Below, one piece after another: positions 1 through 8,127 of a DNA stretch of 25,482 nt; position 1 is the first letter of the stretch; each line of letters opens with the position of its first letter. The translations under genes were made by a program, and so were the position numbers. Under the pieces are notes generated by a model. It worked only from the letters and a program-made list of their open reading frames with translations, was not told the origin of the DNA and did no database searches. Origin of the DNA: a virus (Duplodnaviria > Caudoviricetes); IMG/VR virus record IMGVR_UViG_3300024344_000117, positions 1 to 25,482 of that record; one strand, written 5' to 3'.

Positions 1-701
1 AGACTTACACTGCTCGTTACACTATGGAAACGATTGCGCTAGCTTTCGCTATCACAGAAGAAGCTATCGAAGATAACCTCTACGATAGATTAGCTTCTAG
101 ATACACAAAAGCATTAGCAAGATCTATGTCAAACGCAAAACAAGTTAAAGCGGCACAACCACTTAATAATGGTCTACCTTCGGTAGGAACTTATAAAACT
201 GGTGACGGCGTAGCTTTGTTCTCAACTGCTCACCCAACGATCAGTGGAACAAACGTTGCAAACACTTTAGCTACTCAAGCGGACTTAAACGAAACTTCAT
301 TAGAACAAGCATTGATTGATATCGCTGCTTTCACTGATGAAAGAGGTTTAAAAGTTGCAGCTAGAGGCGTTAAGATGATCGTTCCTTCTGCTAACCAATT
401 CAATGCTGAAAGACTTTTAAAGTCTCAAGGTAGAACTGGTACTGCGGATAACGATATCAATGCAGTCAACTCTATGGGAATGATTCCTCAAGGATACAGA
501 GTGAACCATTTCTTAAATGATTCTGACTCATGGTACATCATCACAGACGTTCCAAACGGTATGAAACACTTTGAAAGAACTCCATTGACAACTTCAATGG
601 AAGGTGACTTCGATACTGGTAACGTAAGATACAAAGCTAGAGAAAGATACGTCTACGGCGCATCTGACTATAGAGGTATCTTCGGATGCGAAGGTGCGTA
701 A
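1..701 (+). CDS. Major capsid protein, 5'-truncated by the window (HK97-fold, Mu gpT-like family)
   Basis: The frame is open from position 3 (TYTARYTMETIALAF...), so ATG 24 is internal. The motifs AITEEAIEDNLY...RYTKALARSM and FERTPL..MEGDFDTGNVRYKARERY are typical of the capsid proteins of this phage group. A strong hairpin follows. Confidence 0.9.
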   Translation, partial: TYTARYTMETIALAFAITEEAIEDNLYDRLASRYTKALARSMSNAKQVKAAQPLNNGLPSVGTYKTGDGVALFSTAHPTISGTNVANTLATQADLNETSLEQALIDIAAFTDERGLKVAARGVKMIVPSANQFNAERLLKSQGRTGTADNDINAVNSMGMIPQGYRVNHFLNDSDSWYIITDVPNGMKHFERTPLTTSMEGDFDTGNVRYKARERYVYGASDYRGIFGCEGA

Positions 702-713
702 CCTAAACTAATT

Positions 714-744
714 TTATGGCGGAACATAGTTCCGCCATAATTTT
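714..744 (+). terminator. Intrinsic terminator after the capsid gene
   Basis: Perfect 12-bp stem TTATGGCGGAAC-ATA-GTTCCGCCATAA (714-740) followed by TTTT, 12 nt after the stop codon. Confidence 0.8.
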
Positions 745-761
745 CAAATAATGGTGAGAAA

Positions 762-1013
762 ATGAGAAAATTCCTAGTAAAAATAAATGCATATCAATAT
801 CACACAGAATTTGAAGTTCTGGCTGAGGATAATGTTAAATCTATTGAAAATTCAATAGTTGACAAATTGGGAGAAAAGAGTATAAACTGGGAATATCTTG
901 GAGAAATGATGGCTCCTAAGATAAATAGAATAACCTATGAGGAGGTTATCGATGGTACAAGACCTGTACAAACAGAAAAGGTCCTTGGAGTTGAGGTGGC
1001 AACTAGAGTATGA
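762..1013 (+). CDS. Hypothetical protein (83 aa)
   Basis: ATG preceded by GGTGAG. The 3' end overlaps the next gene by 62 nt. Confidence 0.65.
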   Translation: MRKFLVKINAYQYHTEFEVLAEDNVKSIENSIVDKLGEKSINWEYLGEMMAPKINRITYEEVIDGTRPVQTEKVLGVEVATRV

Positions 1014-1161
1014 ACAAGAAGGTAGATATACTCTGGATATGGTCAGAATTGATGACAAAATTAGAGAAGTCATTACTGATATTAAACTCGAAGAGGCCAA
1101 AATTGCAAATAAACAAAATGCAATTGAAGATGCTGCTGCCCAAGTTTCTGTGGCTACTTAG
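952..1161 (+). CDS. Small helical/coiled-coil hypothetical protein (69 aa, MVQDLYKQKRSLEL...)
   Basis: Strong SD GAGGAGG at 939-945 favours ATG 952 over the track start at 937. Charged helical composition. Confidence 0.7.
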   Translation: MVQDLYKQKRSLELRWQLEYEQEGRYTLDMVRIDDKIREVITDIKLEEAKIANKQNAIEDAAAQVSVAT

Positions 1162-1205
1162 ATAAACGCCACATCGCTGAAATCGTACATTTCTATTAGG
1201 ATCGC

Positions 1206-1234
1206 TTGCACTCTACTAAAATCTATTATATAAA
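1206..1234 (+). promoter_or_regulatory. Sigma70-like promoter
   Basis: TTGCAC-N17-TATAAA in the intergenic gap upstream of the 1316 gene. Confidence 0.55.
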
Positions 1235-1315
1235 TAACTCACTAAGATAATTAAATCATAAATTGGTTATTCTTTGCTTAGTAAGAATAACTGGCGCGAG
1301 GAGGCGCTGATTAAT

Positions 1316-2110
1316 ATGACAACACACTTTTCAACTGGCGTAACAAACGTTAGAGGTAAACAAGGAGATACATCTTTATTTAGTGGAATTAAACAACCAC
1401 TTATTACTGGTGGGTCTACACCAGCAGAATGGGCGTACCAAGATGATTTCATAACATACAACGACGAAGATTGGACTGAAATTAAAACTGGTTCGGCTTA
1501 TATCTTATCCCAATATCCTCAAGGATGGTTAAGAATTGGAGATGCTAACCCAGCAGGTGGCGAGATTAATGGTATCCAATCTCCAGAAGTTTTCCAGTAT
1601 AATGCTAATAAGTTATGGTACTTTGAAACTTCAATCGCAGTTACTGATGTTACTGAACTAAACACTTTTGTTGGTTTTGCATCTAATGCTTATGTTGATC
1701 CTGTAGCTTTACCAGATGATGGTATTGGTTTCTCTCACTTAGAAGATACAACTACAATTCAATTTGTATCTAGAAAAAATGGAGCAGGAACTTCTTTCAC
1801 TATGAAAGATAGCGCAGCAGGAAGTACTTATACTTTTGCTGATTCTACTGTAGCAACGCAAAGTGCGACTACTTATGCAATGCCGGATAACAATGTTAGA
1901 TTGGGATTCTTATTCCAACCTGCAGGTACTGAGTTAAGCCAGACATCAGCACAATATAAACTTTTCTTAGATGGTAAATGTGTCGGAACACAAGCAGCAA
2001 CAACTGTTCCTGATGATTTAGCTATGGAAATCAAAGCATTTTCTGAAAGTAAAGGAACTGTAGCTAACGATCTTTATGTTGACTACGTTCAAACAGTACA
2101 ACAAAGATAA
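1316..2110 (+). CDS. Putative virion structural/capsid decoration protein with a beta-sandwich (ConA-like) domain
   Basis: SD GAGGAGG at 1298-1304 favours ATG 1316 (MTTHFSTGVTN...) over TTG 1274. Beta-rich and Thr/Ser/Gly-rich, with a C-terminal LYVDYV strand. Lies just after the capsid gene. Confidence 0.65.
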   Translation: MTTHFSTGVTNVRGKQGDTSLFSGIKQPLITGGSTPAEWAYQDDFITYNDEDWTEIKTGSAYILSQYPQGWLRIGDANPAGGEINGIQSPEVFQYNANKLWYFETSIAVTDVTELNTFVGFASNAYVDPVALPDDGIGFSHLEDTTTIQFVSRKNGAGTSFTMKDSAAGSTYTFADSTVATQSATTYAMPDNNVRLGFLFQPAGTELSQTSAQYKLFLDGKCVGTQAATTVPDDLAMEIKAFSESKGTVANDLYVDYVQTVQQR

Positions 2111-2120
2111 TAATATTATT

Positions 2121-2142
2121 CTAGGCTCCTACGGGAGCCTAG
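2121..2142 (+). terminator. Stable RNA hairpin with UNCG tetraloop (mRNA stabiliser or weak terminator)
   Basis: CTAGGCTCC-TACG-GGAGCCTAG, a 9-bp perfect stem with a c(UACG)g loop. No U-tract. Confidence 0.6.
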
Positions 2143-2158
2143 GTAATTAGGAGAAAAT

Positions 2159-2764
2159 ATGTCGATAACTTTAATGAATTGGGTACGTATAAGTGACGAA
2201 GTAACGGCTGACGCTGATTACTTTGTAACTGCAGCTAGACCTAATACATCTGCAACTATGGCACAAACATCTCTTGCAGCCGCGCACAATGGCGGTGGAA
2301 GAAATGTTACTGTTACAACTAATGGATCTGAATCTGGAATTTCTATGACAGTTACAGGGACTGATGTTGACGGAGCCGCACAGACAGAAACTATTGCATT
2401 ACCAGGAAGTGCTACTTTAACTGCTGGAACTAAAATCTTTTTAACTGTAACAGCAGCTGAGTTTACATCACAACCAGCAGCTAATATAACAGTTGGTTTT
2501 GGTGCTGTGGCAGGAGCAAAAATTGGTGGTGGCGGAGTATTTGGTAGCTTTAGAACTACATCTGGCGCAGCCGCTGGAACATGTAGTTTCAGAACTGGTG
2601 GAACTGCAGGAACTGTAATTGCTACTGACAAATCAAGTGGAACAGCCGGAGGAAACAACGGTCAGGTTTCAGCTTATGGCACAGGAGCTAGACTAGTTAA
2701 TGGAATGTATGTAACTTACGATGTAGGTGACTTTATTCAAATAGTAGTCTTCTATGCCGGATAG
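2159..2764 (+). CDS. Putative virion structural protein (201 aa)
   Basis: SD AGGAG. Ala/Gly/Thr-rich beta-type composition, in the head module. Confidence 0.65.
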   Translation: MSITLMNWVRISDEVTADADYFVTAARPNTSATMAQTSLAAAHNGGGRNVTVTTNGSESGISMTVTGTDVDGAAQTETIALPGSATLTAGTKIFLTVTAAEFTSQPAANITVGFGAVAGAKIGGGGVFGSFRTTSGAAAGTCSFRTGGTAGTVIATDKSSGTAGGNNGQVSAYGTGARLVNGMYVTYDVGDFIQIVVFYAG

Positions 2765-2772
2765 GAGATTAG

Positions 2773-3528
2773 ATGGCAAATACAACATCTGGCTCTTACA
2801 CATTTGATCAAAACTTTGCAATAGATGATATTATTGCTGAAGCATATGAACGAATTGGTTTAGTAGGATCAGCCGGACACCAACTTCTAAGTGCTAGAAG
2901 ATCATTAAATATTTTATTTCAAGAGTGGGGAAATAGAGGAATTCATTTTTGGGAAATTGGAAATACTAATATTGATTTAACTGAAGGCACTCAAACCTAC
3001 GATTTTTTTAGAGATAGTTCTGATGGTACCAGTACTACTACAACTCCTGTAAATGGTATATATGGAATAACCGACATTCTTTCTGCTTCTTATAGAACAG
3101 ATTACAATACAACTTCTCAAACAGATTTACCTTTAACAAAAGTAGATAGATCTACTTATGCTGCTTTTTCAAATAAAATGGTGAAAGGAACACCAAGTCA
3201 ATTTTGGGTTCAAAGATTCATAGACAAAACTACGATTACAATTTATCCAACAGCAGCATCCTCACAAGCAAGTAATTATATTAATATTTATTATGTAGCT
3301 AGAGTTCAAGATGCAGGAGCAGCTTATACAAATGCGGTAGATGCACCTTATAGATTTATACCGTGTATGGTATCAGGACTAGCCTATTATTTATCTCAAA
3401 AATATGCTCCGCCAAGAACACAAGAATTAAAATTATTATACGAAGATGAATTACAAAGAGCTTTACAGGAGGATGGATCAGCAGCGAGTACGTACATTAC
3501 ACCGAAAACTTATTATCCAAATATATAA
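2773..3528 (+). CDS. Putative head-tail adaptor/connector protein
   Basis: SD AGGAG. The pattern DDIIAEAYERIG...ARRSLNILFQEWGNRG...GTPSQFW...IYP...PYRFIPCMVSGLAYYLS is typical of helical head-completion proteins. Confidence 0.7.
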   Translation: MANTTSGSYTFDQNFAIDDIIAEAYERIGLVGSAGHQLLSARRSLNILFQEWGNRGIHFWEIGNTNIDLTEGTQTYDFFRDSSDGTSTTTTPVNGIYGITDILSASYRTDYNTTSQTDLPLTKVDRSTYAAFSNKMVKGTPSQFWVQRFIDKTTITIYPTAASSQASNYINIYYVARVQDAGAAYTNAVDAPYRFIPCMVSGLAYYLSQKYAPPRTQELKLLYEDELQRALQEDGSAASTYITPKTYYPNI

Positions 3529-4019
3529 TGACACTAATAACTAAAGGAATGGGAGCTGTTAAAAAGCTTATTACTAAAAAAGCAGCTAGGGCTAAAGGTG
3601 AAGCTAAATTAAAAAAGATACACAAAAGTGATACTGATAAAATGATGAAGGTTTATAGCAAACACATGAGAGCTTTAAAAGCTGCTAATAAACCAGCAGT
3701 AAAAGAATATGGTAAAAGAATGGACGAAATTAAATCAAGAGTTACTAAAGGTAAAAGTAAAGAAGACACAAAAGACATACTTGCAGCTGGTGAAAAATTA
3801 GGTAGATCATTAATAAGAACCCCTAAAGATAGAACTAGAATGTATGATGACTTACCAGATGTAAGACAAAGATTTAGAGGTGCACCGGGTAAACAAAGAA
3901 AATTAGTTAAAGGTGAAAAAAACTGGCTGAGAAGAGGTGCTATTTTACAAAAAGATAGATTAAAAAAATATCCTCAAACAGAAAAAAAATATAAAGGAAA
4001 GGGTATAGATAAAAGATAA
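3528..4019 (+). CDS. Lys/Arg-rich basic protein (163 aa), candidate internal/DNA-condensing protein
   Basis: TAATG coupling at both ends. Very basic. The N-terminus MTLITKGMG is shared with 20524..20991. Confidence 0.7.
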   Translation: MTLITKGMGAVKKLITKKAARAKGEAKLKKIHKSDTDKMMKVYSKHMRALKAANKPAVKEYGKRMDEIKSRVTKGKSKEDTKDILAAGEKLGRSLIRTPKDRTRMYDDLPDVRQRFRGAPGKQRKLVKGEKNWLRRGAILQKDRLKKYPQTEKKYKGKGIDKR

Positions 4020-4600
4020 TGGGACAGTTTTCAAAAGGTAGAAACGCATTAATGATTTCAGATCGTTCTGGAGCTGCATTTCCGTATAGAGAAATGGTTC
4101 AAGAGTGGAATGGTTTATGGGTGCATAATTCTGAATATGAACCTAAGCAACCTCAAATTAGTCCAAGACCCGTGGGCTCTGATCCGCAAGCGTTGCAACA
4201 TGCAAAACCTGCAAGAACAGAATTTGGTGTAGCAGATGTATTAGAATATAATCCTTTGACAACATATCAAATTGGTTCTCCCATTGTAAATGTTAATTTA
4301 CCTGGACATGGATATACGACTGGAGATGTAAAAAGATTTAGAGGACCTTTAGGAGCGGCTGGAGTATTTGGCAATCCCGAAGGAGTTGGTGGCATTACAG
4401 GAGCAACAATTGCAAAAGCTGCAGGATATACTATAACAGTAGGTAAATATGTAGATGGTGCAACTGATACAACTGGACCCAATAATACAGGACAGTTTGG
4501 TAGAAACTGGTTTTATTTTAGTGCCGATACAAACGCAACAAGTGTAGAAACAGGAGGAGGGTACCCGATCTCAGTAGGACCGGTTACTTTACAATCATAA
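4019..4600 (+). CDS. Phage neck-region hypothetical protein with a C-terminal beta domain
   Basis: TAATG coupled. N-terminal ALMISDRSG..FPY.EM..EWNG..VH..EYEPKQPQ motif. The C-terminal part resembles a domain in the 14936 protein. Confidence 0.7.
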   Translation: MGQFSKGRNALMISDRSGAAFPYREMVQEWNGLWVHNSEYEPKQPQISPRPVGSDPQALQHAKPARTEFGVADVLEYNPLTTYQIGSPIVNVNLPGHGYTTGDVKRFRGPLGAAGVFGNPEGVGGITGATIAKAAGYTITVGKYVDGATDTTGPNNTGQFGRNWFYFSADTNATSVETGGGYPISVGPVTLQS

Positions 4601-4965
4601 TGTCTAAAATAAAAATTATAAAAGAAATAATTAAAAAAGTTAAACCTAAAATAAAAAGTAAGCGTAAAAAATTATTTGAGTTAGAGACAAAACCAGGACC
4701 TGGTAGCAAAGACAAGTTTAAAAAACTTGATCCAAACAGTCCTTATTACCATGTTGATGACTTAGGGTCTCCTCCACTTCATAGAGGCACCGGTCCTTCT
4801 GGAGTAGAAAAGAAAAAATTAAAAGACGCTGGTGAAAGAATTGAAAAATGGTTTAGAAAAAAAGAAGGAAAAGGCCCTATTAGAAAACAAGACACACTAC
4901 CTGGTTTAAAAAAAGGTGGATTAATTAAAGGCTTTCCTAAAATTGCTAAGAAAGGCTGGAGATAA
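4600..4965 (+). CDS. Lys-rich basic protein (121 aa)
   Basis: TAATG coupling at both ends. Ends in LKKGGLIKGFPKIAKKGWR. Confidence 0.7.
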   Translation: MSKIKIIKEIIKKVKPKIKSKRKKLFELETKPGPGSKDKFKKLDPNSPYYHVDDLGSPPLHRGTGPSGVEKKKLKDAGERIEKWFRKKEGKGPIRKQDTLPGLKKGGLIKGFPKIAKKGWR

Positions 4966-5696
4966 TGGCAGGATATACTTACTCAAACTTAACTGATGAT
5001 ATTAGAACTTGGTCAGAAGTAGATTCTACCGTATTTACTCAAGCAGTTATTAATAGATTTATTGAAAATGCTGAATATAGAATTGCTTATGATCTTCCTA
5101 TGGATTCAGATAGAGTAGAATCAAGCGCGCAATTTGCTCAAAATTTTAATACAATTACTGTACCGGCAGGATGTTTATTTGTAAGAGGAGTTTTAGTTTT
5201 TGATTCAACTAGTGATGATACTGTTAAAGGACAATATCTTTTAAAAAGAGATCAAACTTTTATACAAGAATATCAAGGAGAAGCTACAGGACCTAAAGGA
5301 GCACAAACTGGTCAAGATGTAAAAGGTCTTCCTAAATATTATGCTATGTTTGGAGGAGCTACAGGAACTACCAGTTCTACTTCAGGAGCTTTATATGTCT
5401 CTCCTACTCCAGATAAGAACTATTTATATACGATTTTTTGGAATAAACTACCACCTTCTTTGGAGACCGATACTTCGGGCACTTATGTAAGTAAATACTT
5501 CCCTCAAGGCTTATTATATGCTACTTTAGTCGAAGCATTTACTTTTTTGAAAGGTCCAGCAGACATGTTGACATTATACGAACAAAAGTATAAACAAGAA
5601 CTAACTAAATTTGCAAGTATGCAAATTGGGAGACGAAGACGAGACGACTATACAGACGGTACTGTACGTATACCAATCGAGTCCCCGCCTCAGTAA
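4965..5696 (+). CDS. Putative second adaptor / tail tubular A-like protein
   Basis: Pattern TYSNL..DI..W.E...INRFIENAEYRI...GLPKYYA...PTPD..Y...LLYATLVEA..FLK...YEQKY, typical of podovirus adaptors. Confidence 0.7.
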   Translation: MAGYTYSNLTDDIRTWSEVDSTVFTQAVINRFIENAEYRIAYDLPMDSDRVESSAQFAQNFNTITVPAGCLFVRGVLVFDSTSDDTVKGQYLLKRDQTFIQEYQGEATGPKGAQTGQDVKGLPKYYAMFGGATGTTSSTSGALYVSPTPDKNYLYTIFWNKLPPSLETDTSGTYVSKYFPQGLLYATLVEAFTFLKGPADMLTLYEQKYKQELTKFASMQIGRRRRDDYTDGTVRIPIESPPQ

Positions 5697-5709
5697 TAGG
5701 AGATAAATT

Positions 5710-6174
5710 ATGGCAATAACATCGGCAATTTGTAATAGTTTTAAACAAGAAATATTAGTAGAAGGTCACAATTTTACTAATGGTACAGACGCATTTAAAT
5801 TAGCTTTATACACAAGCTCAGCAACTTTAAGTAAATCAACTACAGCGTACACTGCACCAACAGATGGTACAGCTGATCCAACTAACACTTATGAAGTAAG
5901 TTCAACTTCAACAGGATACACAACAGGCGGAAATGCTTTAACAAGTACGACTCCAGTTTTATCTGGTGACACTGCATGTTGTTTATTTGCTAGCACATCA
6001 TGGGGATCAACAGCATCATTCACAGCAAGAGGATGCTTAATTTATAATTCAACGAATTCAAACAAAGCGGTTTGCGCAATTAACTTTGGTGCAGACAAGA
6101 CTGTAACAACTGGAACTTTTACAATTCAATTTCCAGCACAAACAGCAGGAAACGCAATCATTCAGATAGCATAA
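5710..6174 (+). CDS. Conserved virion structural protein (tail/fibre associated, 154 aa)
   Basis: SD GGAG. Motifs CNSFKQEIL, FKLALYTSSA, GYTTGG..L, TARGCLIYN and FGADKT...GTFTIQFP. Confidence 0.7.
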   Translation: MAITSAICNSFKQEILVEGHNFTNGTDAFKLALYTSSATLSKSTTAYTAPTDGTADPTNTYEVSSTSTGYTTGGNALTSTTPVLSGDTACCLFASTSWGSTASFTARGCLIYNSTNSNKAVCAINFGADKTVTTGTFTIQFPAQTAGNAIIQIA

Positions 6175-6184
6175 GGAGGTCCAC

Positions 6185-7054
6185 GTGTCAGTTGACTCAG
6201 GATGGGGCCGATTAACCTGGGACCAATCTCAATGGGGTGGTGCTACAGTTTTAGCCACTGGTTGGGGTGCTCAATCATGGGGAGATAGTAATTGGGGAGA
6301 TCTTTCTGATGCCGTTGTTACTCTTACAGGTCAATCAGCAAGTACTGCAGTTGGAAGTTTAACAGAATTAATAGAAGTAAAACCTGGTTGGGGTACACTT
6401 AACTGGGGTGAAAATGGTTGGGGTTCAGTTGAAAGTGCAACTGAAACTTTAACTGGTTTATCAGCTACAACATCTTTAGGAACTTTAACAGAAATACCTG
6501 GACAAATAGTTGGTTTAACAGGTCAATCTGCAACTTCTTCTGTGGGTTCACCTAGTATTGATGCAAGTTTAACTCTTTCATTAACTGGTCAGCAATTAGT
6601 TTCTTCTTTTGGAAATGTTTCTCTTGATGAGCATTCAGTTGGATTAGTAGGTTTATCAGCTACATCATCAGTAGGTACTTTAAATCCTGCAGATGTTATA
6701 GGTATAACTGGTCAATCAGCAAGCACTGTTATAGGCACTGTAACAACGACTTCTGATCCTATAATGACGTTAGCAGCGCAATCTGCTACTACTACCTTAG
6801 GCACTATAACCGCTTCTCCTGTAACTTTAACTACTTTAACCGGACAAGCAGCTACAACCGCTCAAGGAACGGTTACTACTGTCCAACAAACAAACGCGAG
6901 TTTAGTGGGTCTAGGACAGTCTTTAACAGCTACAGTAAATGGACCAGGTTTAATCTTAAAATATTATGGTAGAAAAACACCAAAAGTCACTAGTGGTTAT
7001 ACTGCTAAAACACCTAAAGTAACCACTGGATATACTAATAAAACACCTGCATAA
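6185..7054 (+). CDS. Repetitive Thr/Ser/Gly-rich virion fibre-like protein with WG repeats
   Basis: SD AAGGAGG and a GTG start. Three W-G triplet blocks, about nine (L/I)TGQSAT(S/T)xxG-type repeats and a C-terminal KTPKVTxGYT repeat. Confidence 0.7.
   Translation: MSVDSGWGRLTWDQSQWGGATVLATGWGAQSWGDSNWGDLSDAVVTLTGQSASTAVGSLTELIEVKPGWGTLNWGENGWGSVESATETLTGLSATTSLGTLTEIPGQIVGLTGQSATSSVGSPSIDASLTLSLTGQQLVSSFGNVSLDEHSVGLVGLSATSSVGTLNPADVIGITGQSASTVIGTVTTTSDPIMTLAAQSATTTLGTITASPVTLTTLTGQAATTAQGTVTTVQQTNASLVGLGQSLTATVNGPGLILKYYGRKTPKVTSGYTAKTPKVTTGYTNKTPA
6974..7050 (+). repeat. 33-nt imperfect coding tandem repeat (about 2.3 copies)
   Basis: Encodes KTPKVTSGYTA-KTPKVTTGYTN-KTPA. Confidence 0.7.
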
Positions 7055-7060
7055 TTATGT

Positions 7061-7089
7061 TTGACTTAAAAGTAAATAAACAATATAAA
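7061..7089 (+). promoter_or_regulatory. Sigma70-like promoter upstream of the tail fibre genes
   Basis: TTGACT-N17-TATAAA in a 59-nt intergenic gap. Confidence 0.65.
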
Positions 7090-7113
7090 CTAACAAACTA
7101 GGAGATTTTAATA

Positions 7114-8127
7114 ATGGCATCAACTTACACACCTCTTGGCATAGAATTAATGGCTACGGGCGAAAACGCCGGTACTTGGGGAACAAAAACTAACACCAAT
7201 CTAAATATTATAGAACAGATTTCTGGTGGTTATGCTTCTGTTACAGTTAATGGAACAGGAAATACAGACCTTACAATTACTGATGGAGCAGCTGGTGCAA
7301 CGGGTGCTGCAAGAGTAATTGAATTAACTGGAACTATTACAGGAAATATTACTGTATCTATTCCATTAGATATAGAAAATTTTTACATTATTAAAAACTC
7401 AACTTCAGGTGGATACACAGTAGAATTTCAATATACGTCTGGTTCAGGTACAAGTTTTACTTGGACAACTACACAAAAAGACTGGAGAATTTTAGCAGCT
7501 AAAGGTGATGATGGAACAAATCCAAATGTTGTAGAAGTATCATTAACAACAAGTCCAGCAGGTTCAACTACACAAGTTCAATATAATAACTCAGGTTCAT
7601 TTGGTGGAGATGCAAATCTTACTTGGGTGGCAGCTGATGGATTAAACATTGGATCACAAAAAGAATTAAGACTACAAGACACAACTGGTGGACAATACAT
7701 AGGTCAAAAAGCAGCGGGCACTACAACGTCATATACTTTAACATGGCCAGGTGCACAAGCAACAGCATCGGGGCAAGTTCTTTCAAACAACGGTTCAGGA
7801 GCTTTATCTTGGGCTGAAGTAACAGGTGGTGCTTCATGGCAAGCAGTTATTACAGCTGACCCATCAAATGCTGTCGCAGGTAACGGATATTTTTGTAATA
7901 CATCAGGTGGAGCATTTAGTTTGACTTTACCAACTTCCGCTGCAATTGGAGACTTCGTTTCATTCATAGATTACGCGGGTACATTCGACACTAACAATTT
8001 AACAATTGCTAGAAATGGCCACAAAATACAGGGGGCAACAGCAGATTTGACTGTGTCTACAGAAAGAGCGGCGAACACACTGGTCTATGTAGATGCGACT
8101 CAAGGTTGGTTGTTGCAGAATAAATAA
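7114..8127 (+). CDS. Tail fibre base/adaptor protein
   Basis: SD AGGAG. N-terminal anchor MASTYT..GIELMATGEN.GTWG..TN.NL. The C-terminal module YFCNTSGGAFSLTLP....GD.V...D....F....LTI.RNG..I.G...DL...LVY.....GW resembles repeats in T4-like fibre/baseplate proteins. Confidence 0.7.
   Translation: MASTYTPLGIELMATGENAGTWGTKTNTNLNIIEQISGGYASVTVNGTGNTDLTITDGAAGATGAARVIELTGTITGNITVSIPLDIENFYIIKNSTSGGYTVEFQYTSGSGTSFTWTTTQKDWRILAAKGDDGTNPNVVEVSLTTSPAGSTTQVQYNNSGSFGGDANLTWVAADGLNIGSQKELRLQDTTGGQYIGQKAAGTTTSYTLTWPGAQATASGQVLSNNGSGALSWAEVTGGASWQAVITADPSNAVAGNGYFCNTSGGAFSLTLPTSAAIGDFVSFIDYAGTFDTNNLTIARNGHKIQGATADLTVSTERAANTLVYVDATQGWLLQNK

Noticed and set aside
1149-1173. Hairpin TGTGGC...GCCACA across the stop of the 952 gene
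   Set aside because: Only 6 bp with a 13-nt loop and no U-tract, too weak to call.
24-1316. Track start codons at 24, 937 and 1274
   Set aside because: The capsid frame is open upstream of 24, and SD positions favour 952 and 1316.
6185-6430. Argonaute-binding GW/WG hook
   Set aside because: The context is a phage virion module, and a structural repeat explains the motif more simply.
6185-7054. CRISPR-like or non-coding repeat array
   Set aside because: The repeats are degenerate at the DNA level, in frame, and conserved as protein, with no repeat-spacer structure.
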